DNA from: a virus
Virus record (IMG/VR): IMGVR_UViG_3300037474_000099
Reading direction: 5' to 3' (one strand)
Length of the DNA: 44,553 nt
Shown here: positions 15,697-23,477 of the stretch, in pieces
How the letters are laid out: each line of letters opens with the position of its first letter
Position numbering within the stretch: position 1 is the stretch's first letter
The notes under the pieces: generated by a model
Seen by the model: the letters and a program-made list of their open reading frames with translations, nothing else
What the model was told of the DNA's origin: nothing
The model's database searches: none
Program-made: the position numbers and the translations under genes

Positions 15697-15831
15697 ATGA
15701 ATACCGAATTATATACAGGAAGAATGGGAGCAGTAGACAAATTAAGAGATAATTTTAAAAAACAATTAGAAAAATTACAAAAAGAGTTAAAAAAACTAGG
15801 TAAAAAAATTGATAATATGAATAAAAATTAA
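15697..15831 (+). CDS. 44-aa basic coiled-coil peptide
   Basis: My own translation: MNTELYTGRMGAVDKLRDNFKKQLEKLQKELKKLGKKIDNMNKN. Strong AAGGAGGG RBS. Confidence 0.55.
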   Translation: MNTELYTGRMGAVDKLRDNFKKQLEKLQKELKKLGKKIDNMNKN

Positions 15832-15858
15832 TATTAATAAATGTACAAGGAGACTGCA

Positions 15859-15993
15859 ATGAAAACAACTATTTTAACTGTTATTGTTTATTTCGTAATA
15901 TCTTTAGTATTGCTTTCACATTCTGTATCTGTAATTGCTAATAGTACAGAATCTCTTAAAAATTGGAATGAATCTGGTAAAACATTAGATTAG
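15859..15993 (+). CDS. 44-aa N-terminally hydrophobic (signal or TM) peptide
   Basis: My own translation: MKTTILTVIVYFVISLVLLSHSVSVIANSTESLKNWNESGKTLD. AAGGAG RBS. Confidence 0.55.
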   Translation: MKTTILTVIVYFVISLVLLSHSVSVIANSTESLKNWNESGKTLD

Positions 15994-16003
15994 AGGTATA
16001 TAT

Positions 16004-16174
16004 ATGAAAACTTTTGAAAGGTTATTTGATGAATTTGACAATAAGATTAATGAATTTAAAAAATTAGTCAATTTTATAGAAAATGAAAATAAACGTTTAA
16101 AATCAGAAATTGAGCAAAAAGAAAAATTATTAAAATCTCAAGGTATTAAAATTACTTATGACTTAATAAAATAA
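16004..16174 (+). CDS. 56-aa coiled-coil peptide
   Basis: My own translation: MKTFERLFDEFDNKINEFKKLVNFIENENKRLKSEIEQKEKLLKSQGIKITYDLIK. GAGG RBS. Confidence 0.5.
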   Translation: MKTFERLFDEFDNKINEFKKLVNFIENENKRLKSEIEQKEKLLKSQGIKITYDLIK

Positions 16175-16189
16175 TAGGAGAATATATTA

Positions 16190-16735
16190 ATGAGAAAACT
16201 TAAAGATATTAGAAGTGACCTAGAGTTACATTATATGCAAGAATCCAGAACTGTGTTTTTTCATGGAGAAGTAGGACAATTTAAATTAGAAGATGCTTTG
16301 AGAAATTTAGATTATCTGGCTAATATAAGTAAGAAACCTATTATTTTAAGAATTTGCTCACCAGGAGGATCTGTAGATTATGGACTAGTGTTATATGATT
16401 ATATTAAAATGTCCAAAGTCCCTATTCATACGCTATGTTCAGGAATGGCAGCTTCAATGGCGGCTATATTATTAGGAAGTGGCAAAAAAGGAAAGCGTAT
16501 GGCTACTAAAAGTAGTCGTATTATGATACACCAACCATCATCAGGTTATATAGGTAAAGCGAGTGATATTGAAATTCATGCAAACGAGACTAAAAGGATT
16601 AGGAACCTTTTAAATACTATAATATCTAAAGATACAGGCCAGCCTTTAAAGAAGGTTGAAAAAGATACCGAATTAGATTTATGGATGACAGCTGAAAATG
16701 CTTTACAATATGGTATTATCGATAAAATTGTATAG
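16190..16735 (+). CDS. clpP: ATP-dependent Clp protease proteolytic subunit ClpP
   Basis: ICSPGGSV, catalytic Ser in GMAASMAA, His in IMIHQPS, Asp in EKDTELDLWMTAENALQYGIIDKIV. Full-length at 181 aa. AGGAG RBS. Confidence 0.9.
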   Translation: MRKLKDIRSDLELHYMQESRTVFFHGEVGQFKLEDALRNLDYLANISKKPIILRICSPGGSVDYGLVLYDYIKMSKVPIHTLCSGMAASMAAILLGSGKKGKRMATKSSRIMIHQPSSGYIGKASDIEIHANETKRIRNLLNTIISKDTGQPLKKVEKDTELDLWMTAENALQYGIIDKIV

Positions 16736-16742
16736 AGGCTAT

Positions 16743-17009
16743 ATGAATAATATATTAAATTTAAATCTATCTAAAGAAACACAAGATAAACTATTTGAAA
16801 TAGGATTAAACTTATTAAGTAAAAACAAATTATTAGGTATAGACTTATTTTATCAATATGAATCTTTTCCTAAATTATCTTTTAAAAAATTAATAATAGC
16901 TGCTACTATATTGTATATACTAAAAAAGGAATTGTCATATTTTCAATCATTTAGATATAAATGTAAGGTATTGATTAATAAAGTTAAAAATATTTTAAAA
17001 AAGTATTGA
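16743..17009 (+). CDS. hypothetical protein (88 aa from MNNILNL; the track start at 16698 lies inside clpP)
   Basis: GAGG RBS before the ATG at 16743. C-terminal hydrophobic segment. Confidence 0.5.
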   Translation: MNNILNLNLSKETQDKLFEIGLNLLSKNKLLGIDLFYQYESFPKLSFKKLIIAATILYILKKELSYFQSFRYKCKVLINKVKNILKKY

Positions 17010-17034
17010 CATATTAATATATAAGGAGGATAAT
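17006..17034 (+). promoter_or_regulatory. Early/middle promoter P3
   Basis: tATTGACA: TTGACA (17006-17011), 17 nt, GATAAT (17029-17034). Confidence 0.5.
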
Positions 17035-17057
17035 TAATATATAGAGGAGCAATTAAC

Positions 17058-17333
17058 ATGTACATAATAGATTTTTTTAGATATAAACTAGATACTAAAA
17101 CGTTTAAGGAAGATAAGGAAGGAATTGAAAGTTGTTATTTTGTAGATTATTATGAACATGTTGGATATGATGATTTAGATACAGTTTTTACGGAAATAAA
17201 AAAGTTTTTAAATAATAGTTATGGATATGTTACAGTTAATAGAGTAAAAATGAGAATAGATAATTTTAAAAAATTTAAAGAAGATATGTTAAAAAATAAA
17301 ATTATTTTATTAAATAATAAGGATAATATTTAA
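17058..17333 (+). CDS. hypothetical protein, tandem paralogue 1 (91 aa)
   Basis: Shares (I/L)(D/N)F(F/Y)RY.L(D/E)...F...(K/R).FL(N/D)N.YG(Y/F)V with the next ORF. Confidence 0.6.
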   Translation: MYIIDFFRYKLDTKTFKEDKEGIESCYFVDYYEHVGYDDLDTVFTEIKKFLNNSYGYVTVNRVKMRIDNFKKFKEDMLKNKIILLNNKDNI

Positions 17334-17353
17334 ACTGTGTTTATAGGTGACGT

Positions 17354-17650
17354 ATGATTATTTTAAATTTTTATAGATATGAATTAGAACAAAAACCATT
17401 TATCGGTAGATGTAAATCAAGTTTTAGATATATGTCTTATAAAAAAATTCTTGATCATATAATTACAGTAGAAACTTTATCTATCGCTAAAGATAAGATT
17501 AGAGATTTTTTAGATAATTATTACGGATTTGTTGACATAATTCCATTTAGAATGACAGTTAATAATAAAAAAGATTTTTTACAAAAGATGGATGATAGAG
17601 GAATTCATGCTGTTTATTTTACTAAAGTTAAGATGGGAGTTGATTTATGA
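17354..17650 (+). CDS. hypothetical protein, tandem paralogue 2 (98 aa)
   Basis: See 17058..17333. Confidence 0.6.
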   Translation: MIILNFYRYELEQKPFIGRCKSSFRYMSYKKILDHIITVETLSIAKDKIRDFLDNYYGFVDIIPFRMTVNNKKDFLQKMDDRGIHAVYFTKVKMGVDL

Positions 17651-17784
17651 GATGCAAAGCCTGTAATAATATATTGGAATCTAAAGATTTTTTAATAGAT
17701 AAATTAGGAGAATTATGTGTTAAGTGCGTAATATGGGTAGAAGACGATGTTAAATTAAAAAAAGATTGGGATGATGATAAATGA
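17647..17784 (+). CDS. 45-aa CxxC...CxxC zinc-ribbon-like peptide
   Basis: My own translation: MRCKACNNILESKDFLIDKLGELCVKCVIWVEDDVKLKKDWDDDK. ATGA overlaps at both ends. Confidence 0.5.
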   Translation: MRCKACNNILESKDFLIDKLGELCVKCVIWVEDDVKLKKDWDDDK

Positions 17785-18461
17785 GATATAAATGTGAAGA
17801 CTGCGGAGCTAACAGAGGATTAGCTAAATATTCTTCCGGAGATTGGTGTTTTTCTTGTAATAAATATTTTAAAAATAAAAAATTAATCGATTTATCATTT
17901 AATAAAAAACTAGATGAAGTTAGTTTATCAGATAATTTTCCTATTAATGCTATTAACTGGCTTGCTCAATATCAGATATTTAAAAATGATTTTAAAAACA
18001 ATAACTTAAAATGGTGCAATAATTATAAAAGAATATGTTTTTGTTTTGGTAAAGACTTGACAAATTATTATTTACGGAGTATAATACCTAATGAAAGAAA
18101 TAAATGGATTTTAAAATCCGAAAGAAAAGAATTTTATACTAAACAAGGAGTTAGTACTTCAAATTTAATTATTGTAGAGGATCCATTAAGCGCTATTAAA
18201 GTTTTTTCTTCTAAATTATGTGATGTAGTTGCTTTGGGAGGTACTAATTTTAATTCTTCTATATTAGTATCTATTTTTTTAAAATACGACAATTTGGTAC
18301 TTTGGTTAGATGGTGATTCTCCTGGTAGAATAGCTTCTAATAAATTTAGACAGAAATTTAAGCTTTTAAAACCTATTAAAATAATAAATACAAAAAAAGA
18401 CCCTAAAGACCATTCTTATGAACAAATTGAGGAAATATTAAATGAAAAAATATGTTCATAA
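17781..18461 (+). CDS. DNA primase (zinc ribbon + TOPRIM)
   Basis: CEDCGA..x14..CFSC zinc ribbon. TOPRIM residues IIVEDPLSAIKV and LWLDGDSPGR. Confidence 0.75.
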   Translation: MRYKCEDCGANRGLAKYSSGDWCFSCNKYFKNKKLIDLSFNKKLDEVSLSDNFPINAINWLAQYQIFKNDFKNNNLKWCNNYKRICFCFGKDLTNYYLRSIIPNERNKWILKSERKEFYTKQGVSTSNLIIVEDPLSAIKVFSSKLCDVVALGGTNFNSSILVSIFLKYDNLVLWLDGDSPGRIASNKFRQKFKLLKPIKIINTKKDPKDHSYEQIEEILNEKICS

Positions 18462-18497
18462 ATGTCCTTATATAAATGAAACGAATTTGGGACTAAT

Positions 18498-19694
18498 ATG
18501 ATTGAATTAACTTTACTTAAAGCTTTATCTAATAAAGAAAGTTTTAATAAATATAAAAATTTATTAAATCCTAAAACTCTATCTCAACATTCTTTAATGT
18601 TATTAAAAGACTATGAAGTATATTTTCACAAATATTCTCATGATAGGATAGATTGGTCTTTATTTCCTACTTATTTTTTTGAAATAAGGCATCCTTACAT
18701 GGATGAAAAATCTATATTAGAATATAAAGAAATTATAAGTAATATATCTACATTACATGTAAATGGAGAAATTAAAGATATTTATAAAGGATTTGAACAA
18801 CAGGAATTTTATTTAGAATTGCAAAGATTATTAGATAACAATATAGATGTCAAAGAATTAAAAATAAAATTAGAAGATTTTTCAAAAACAATTGAAGAAA
18901 AAACAGAACTAGAAGTAGAAATGGATTTAAAAGAATCTTTAAACTATACAAATCGATCAGAAGGATTAGTTTGGAGATGTGAAAAACTTCGAAATCATTT
19001 CCAGGGTGGATTAATTAAAGGTGATTTTGGAATAGTAGCGGGATATGTAGATACAGGTAAATCTAGTTTTATAGCTTCAGAAGTATCTTATATGGCTACT
19101 CAATTAAAAGATGAAGAATATATATTATGGTGTAGTAATGAAGGTGATTGGAAATCATTATTGCCCAGATTATATTGCGCGACGTTAAATTGTACAGATA
19201 AAGATTTAAGGCAATATTTAGATAAAGCTGAAGAAAAGTATTTAAATTTAATGAAAGGAAATAAAAACAGAGTAATTATTAAGGATATACAAGGATGGTC
19301 ATATGTAGAATTAGAAAATTTGATTAAATCAAATCCTCCTAAATTATTAGTCATAGATTTATTAGATAATGTATCTGGATTTAACAAAGAATCTGAATGG
19401 AGTCGGTATGGTAAACTGTATCAATGGGCACGAGAAATAGCTACACATTATTGTCCAGTATTAGGAGTATCGCAGTTAAATGGAGATGGAGAAAATAAAG
19501 AATATCCAAGTATGTCACGTTTAAGAGGTTCAAGAGTAGATAAACAAGGTGCCGCTACCTTTCAATTGCATATAGGATCTTTAGAAGGCAATAATGACAT
19601 TAGATATTTAAGTATGCCAAAAAATAAAATAAACAGTAATAAATCTTGGAGAGTTCAAGTAAAATTTGATGCTAATAGATCGAGATTTATATGA
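18498..19694 (+). CDS. Replicative DnaB/T7 gp4-type helicase
   Basis: Walker A GYVDTGKSSF, Walker B LLVIDLLDNV, and the SQLN motif. Confidence 0.8.
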   Translation: MIELTLLKALSNKESFNKYKNLLNPKTLSQHSLMLLKDYEVYFHKYSHDRIDWSLFPTYFFEIRHPYMDEKSILEYKEIISNISTLHVNGEIKDIYKGFEQQEFYLELQRLLDNNIDVKELKIKLEDFSKTIEEKTELEVEMDLKESLNYTNRSEGLVWRCEKLRNHFQGGLIKGDFGIVAGYVDTGKSSFIASEVSYMATQLKDEEYILWCSNEGDWKSLLPRLYCATLNCTDKDLRQYLDKAEEKYLNLMKGNKNRVIIKDIQGWSYVELENLIKSNPPKLLVIDLLDNVSGFNKESEWSRYGKLYQWAREIATHYCPVLGVSQLNGDGENKEYPSMSRLRGSRVDKQGAATFQLHIGSLEGNNDIRYLSMPKNKINSNKSWRVQVKFDANRSRFI

Positions 19695-19891
19695 TATATA
19701 AAGTACAAAGTAAAATGCAAAGTATATTTAACATTTATCATTTTGTTAGTCACAAAATTGAAGGAACTTATAAAAATAAAGCAGATGCTATAGGTCACCA
19801 ATACGTTTTATTTGCTGATCATTTAGCAAAATTAATATTGAAACAAGAAACTGAACTGAAGTTATTTGAAATAATAGAAGAGATTGAATAA
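19691..19891 (+). CDS. hypothetical protein (66 aa)
   Basis: ORF track. ATGA overlap with the helicase gene. Confidence 0.5.
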   Translation: MIYKVQSKMQSIFNIYHFVSHKIEGTYKNKADAIGHQYVLFADHLAKLILKQETELKLFEIIEEIE

Positions 19892-20333
19892 TGGGATCAT
19901 TATGTCTATAACACGTAAAAAAGCAGAGCAAATTGTAAATGAAAGTTTAGAATTGTGCAAACAATTGTTAAAATTAACAAAATATAAAATAACTGTTCAT
20001 ATATTGCATACTAAATCAGTATTCTTAAGAAAAAATGGTGCTAAACCTCAGGGAGAGATGGCAAGTTGTTATGGGTCAGAATATAGTAAATCAGCTGATA
20101 TTATAATACATTATGATAAACATCCTAATGATAGAGAAGTTCTTAGTTCTTTAATTCATGAATTATTACATTTAAAATTTGCTAAATTATCGGAATTAGT
20201 TACGTTGAAACAAAGAAAAGCTCATAATATAGAAGAGAATTTAGTAAGAGATTTTGAAGAATTGATAATGCAATTTTTAGACAATAGTCATAAACTTGTT
20301 AAACGGATTAAAAAATTGAGCAAAGAGAGGTAA
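19884..20333 (+). CDS. HExxH motif protein (putative zinc metallopeptidase; start may be 19902)
   Basis: The only recognisable feature is SLIHELLHLKF (HExxH). Confidence 0.35.
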   Translation: MNNGIIMSITRKKAEQIVNESLELCKQLLKLTKYKITVHILHTKSVFLRKNGAKPQGEMASCYGSEYSKSADIIIHYDKHPNDREVLSSLIHELLHLKFAKLSELVTLKQRKAHNIEENLVRDFEELIMQFLDNSHKLVKRIKKLSKER

Positions 20334-20336
20334 ATT

Positions 20337-20573
20337 ATGAAATTAAATGCAAAAGCTATATTACAAGCAGAATCGGTAAATGTAAATTTACAAACTGATG
20401 CTGTAGAACTTTTATTGGATGATGGACAAAGTTTAACATTAAGTTATAATGATTTGACAATAATGGAAGCTGTATTGCTAAAATTAAAATTTGCAGATCC
20501 AGTTATATCTCCTGGAAAGTCTACAGGAGATATATTTAAAGCTTTGAGTTTAATGGAACAGGAAACTAAATAA
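20337..20573 (+). CDS. hypothetical protein (78 aa)
   Basis: ORF track. Confidence 0.5.
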   Translation: MKLNAKAILQAESVNVNLQTDAVELLLDDGQSLTLSYNDLTIMEAVLLKLKFADPVISPGKSTGDIFKALSLMEQETK

Positions 20574-21250
20574 TGTATTTAGTAGTTGATTTAGAAACAA
20601 CTTGTAAAGAACGTTATAAAAGAAAAGGTAATCCTTTTTATAACAATATATTATGCTACGGTTTTAAGTATCAAAATAAGGAAGCTTTTGGCAAACCTTC
20701 AGACAATGTCCCTGAAGGATGGTTAAATGGAGTTACAGACCTTATAGGACATAATATAAAATATGATTTGTTATATCTATGGAGAAATAGAGAGCTTCAA
20801 GAGGCTTTTAAAAGGGGTTTAAATATATGGGATACGCAGTTAGCAGAGTATATATTATCAGGGCAACAGCATAAATATCCAGCATTGAGAGATATAGCAG
20901 TCAATAAATATGGTTGTAAAGAAAGAGTTAAGCATATTGAACAAGGTTTTAAAAATGGATTACTAGATACATCTGAAATACCAATGCCGTTGTTATTAGA
21001 AGATGTTACTAATGATGTCATTGATACCGAAGTAATAGCTTTAGAACAGTTAAGAAAATCTAAAGAGAATGGAATGTATAATTTAATTAAATCCCAAATG
21101 AATTCTTTACTAGCGACAACCGAAATGGAATATAATGGAATGTTTATTAATAAAAGTATATTAAAAAATAGAGAAACTGAAATAAAAAACCAGTTAGAAA
21201 TTTTATATAGTGAATTAAATCAAATAACAGGAAAATATTGGAATGATTGA
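20573..21250 (+). CDS. DNA polymerase A, 3'-5' exonuclease-domain ORF
   Basis: Exo I VVDLETT, Exo II LIGHNIKYDLLYL. Overlaps the polymerase ORF by 8 nt (ATGATTGA). Confidence 0.8.
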   Translation: MYLVVDLETTCKERYKRKGNPFYNNILCYGFKYQNKEAFGKPSDNVPEGWLNGVTDLIGHNIKYDLLYLWRNRELQEAFKRGLNIWDTQLAEYILSGQQHKYPALRDIAVNKYGCKERVKHIEQGFKNGLLDTSEIPMPLLLEDVTNDVIDTEVIALEQLRKSKENGMYNLIKSQMNSLLATTEMEYNGMFINKSILKNRETEIKNQLEILYSELNQITGKYWND

Positions 21251-22523
21251 TTTTAATCCTTCATCTACTAAACATTTATCTACTCTTCTTTTTGGAGGAG
21301 AAGTTAAATATGTAGAAAAAATCCCTAATGGAATATTTAAATCTGGAGAGAGAAAAGGAGAAATAAAATACAAAAATGAAGATAAAATTAAAAAATTTAA
21401 TGGGTTAGTTAAACCCTTAAAAGAATGGAAATCGGAAGCGGGTAATATAAGTACAGGAGATACAGTATTACAAATATTAGCTAAAAGACAAGATAAAGAC
21501 GCAGGAAAAATAGCTAAAATATTATTAGAAATAAGAAAATTAGAAAAAGAATTAAATACTTATTATAACGCTATTGGTGAATTGATATATGATTTTGATA
21601 GTACGGTAAAAGGCCAACTATGTCATTGTGGATACGATAAAGGATCCGAATTTGGAGGTGGTACATCTACTGGACGACTATCAAGCAGACATCCTAATCT
21701 ACAAAATTTTCCTAGAGCGGCTGATAGTCAAGTTAGAGAATTTTTTTCTAGTAGATATGGCGATAATGGAATTATTATAGAATGCGATTACAAGCAATTA
21801 GAAGTAGTAGTATTTGCTTTTTTAACCCAAGATGTTCAATTAATTGAAGATATAAATAATGGTATTGATATTCATAGAATATTAGCTAGCAGGTTATATA
21901 GAACCCCCGAAGCTTTAATTACTAATGAACAACGTCAACAGACTAAATTTAGTACATTTCATGTTATTTATGGAGGAGGATATAAATCCTTAGCTAAAAG
22001 AGAGAATATAGATGAAGAAATAGCAAAGAAATTTATTGATATTTTTTATGAAAGATATCCTCAAGCTAAATTATGGCAGGATAATTTAGTTAGACAAGTT
22101 AATAATACAAGAGATTTTGATAAAAAACTAGCTTATTTTCAATCAGTTACAGGTCGAATATATTATTTTCCTTTAATGGATCAGCCATATAAAAATGGAA
22201 ATAATGAAATATGGGTTTACCCTCCTAATATAAAAAACTATCCAGTTCAAGGACTTGCAACTGCGGATATAGTATTAATAATGCTAGGTAAATTATGGAG
22301 GCAAGCTATTGAAAACAGAGATAAATTTTTACTTATAAATACAGTTCACGATTCAGTAGTTATAGATTGTAAAAAAGAATTTTTGGATTTTACTTGCAAT
22401 TTAGTAAAAAATGAGTTAGAATTAGGATATGAGATTTTAAAAAATTTATTTAATATAGATTTTAACGTACCCTTGAAAATAGACATAAAGACAGGAAAAG
22501 ATTGGAGGAAATGCGGACTATGA
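21243..22523 (+). CDS. DNA polymerase A, polymerase-domain ORF
   Basis: Motif A CDYKQLEVVVFA, motif B RQQTKFSTFHVIYGGG, motif C NTVHDSVVID, and GRLSSRHPNLQNFPR. Confidence 0.85.
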   Translation: MIDFNPSSTKHLSTLLFGGEVKYVEKIPNGIFKSGERKGEIKYKNEDKIKKFNGLVKPLKEWKSEAGNISTGDTVLQILAKRQDKDAGKIAKILLEIRKLEKELNTYYNAIGELIYDFDSTVKGQLCHCGYDKGSEFGGGTSTGRLSSRHPNLQNFPRAADSQVREFFSSRYGDNGIIIECDYKQLEVVVFAFLTQDVQLIEDINNGIDIHRILASRLYRTPEALITNEQRQQTKFSTFHVIYGGGYKSLAKRENIDEEIAKKFIDIFYERYPQAKLWQDNLVRQVNNTRDFDKKLAYFQSVTGRIYYFPLMDQPYKNGNNEIWVYPPNIKNYPVQGLATADIVLIMLGKLWRQAIENRDKFLLINTVHDSVVIDCKKEFLDFTCNLVKNELELGYEILKNLFNIDFNVPLKIDIKTGKDWRKCGL

Positions 22524-22759
22524 AAAAAGATTTTAAAAAATCTAAAGAAGCTAAATTTATTAAAAATACTTTAAAAAAATCTAAGTTAAAAAAATCTAAC
22601 GTTAATAAATTTAAAAATGAACGTAAAAAAATATTAAATAAGTTGAAAGTAGATCTAGACAGGGTTAATCAAGGTGAAAAGTTTTTACTAAAATTAGCAG
22701 CTGTATTTTTACTATTTACTGTAGTAAGTATGTTTTTAATTTCGTTAATGCATTTTTAA
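22502..22759 (+). CDS. Lys-rich protein with a C-terminal TM anchor (85 aa)
   Basis: ORF track. The true start may be the internal MKKDFKK. Confidence 0.45.
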   Translation: MEEMRTMKKDFKKSKEAKFIKNTLKKSKLKKSNVNKFKNERKKILNKLKVDLDRVNQGEKFLLKLAAVFLLFTVVSMFLISLMHF

Positions 22760-22770
22760 TCGAGGCTTAT

Positions 22771-22905
22771 ATGAGAATCATGTTCAAAACCGAACGATAT
22801 TGCCATAAATGCCATAAAATTCGCAATGTTAACGAATTTAATAAAATTACTAAAAATTTTAGAATTTCAAGTGAATGTAAACAACATAGAGGTAAACAAA
22901 AATGA
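22771..22905 (+). CDS. 44-aa CxxC basic peptide
   Basis: My own translation: MRIMFKTERYCHKCHKIRNVNEFNKITKNFRISSECKQHRGKQK. GAGG RBS. Its stop overlaps the SSB ATG (ATGA). Confidence 0.5.
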   Translation: MRIMFKTERYCHKCHKIRNVNEFNKITKNFRISSECKQHRGKQK

Positions 22906-23477
22906 CACAATTTACAGGAGTGGTAAAAAAAGTAGTTTCTAAAGAAATTGATATTGCCAACAAGCCATTTATAAAACACGAAATCTCTATAGATTCAGAT
23001 GGCGAGACGAAAACAGTGTTAAAATTTACAAAACCAGAAACGACATTTGCTTTGGAAAAAGGGACTAAAGTTCAAGTAACAGGAGAAGAACAGGAAGATA
23101 AATATGGTAATACCACAATTAAAGTAAACAGTAAGCCTGAATCATTTGTATTGCTGGATCAAAACAACAAACCTAAAGATTCAGGAAAAACATGGACAAA
23201 TACTACTTCTACTACTGGTACCAAAGATGTGGCATTACGACCGACTTTCAATACATTTAATGGAGATGGTGCAAAACGTGGTAATGCATTAACTAATGCT
23301 GTAACTATGTTAATTCATAATAAAAACGGAAGTCAAATTACTATAAAAGATGCAGAAAAATTATTAGAATTAGCTAGAATGGTATTTAAAGTATCCACTG
23401 ATCTAGAAAATCCAGATACTACTTCTTCCACTAGTACAACAAAGGATTCTAATAATGAAGTTTCTCCATTCGATTAA
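22902..23477 (+). CDS. Single-stranded DNA-binding protein (putative)
   Basis: OB-like N-terminal half, a low-complexity T/S linker and an acidic/aromatic C-terminal tip (NNEVSPFD). Sits in the replication module. Confidence 0.5.
   Translation: MTQFTGVVKKVVSKEIDIANKPFIKHEISIDSDGETKTVLKFTKPETTFALEKGTKVQVTGEEQEDKYGNTTIKVNSKPESFVLLDQNNKPKDSGKTWTNTTSTTGTKDVALRPTFNTFNGDGAKRGNALTNAVTMLIHNKNGSQITIKDAEKLLELARMVFKVSTDLENPDTTSSTSTTKDSNNEVSPFD

Noticed and set aside
22767-22979. 70-aa minus-strand ORF between the pol and SSB genes
   Set aside because: The same interval holds a plus-strand 44-aa CxxC ORF (22771..22905) with a GAGG RBS and an ATGA overlap with the SSB start. That fits the operon. The minus ORF also overlaps the SSB 5' end.
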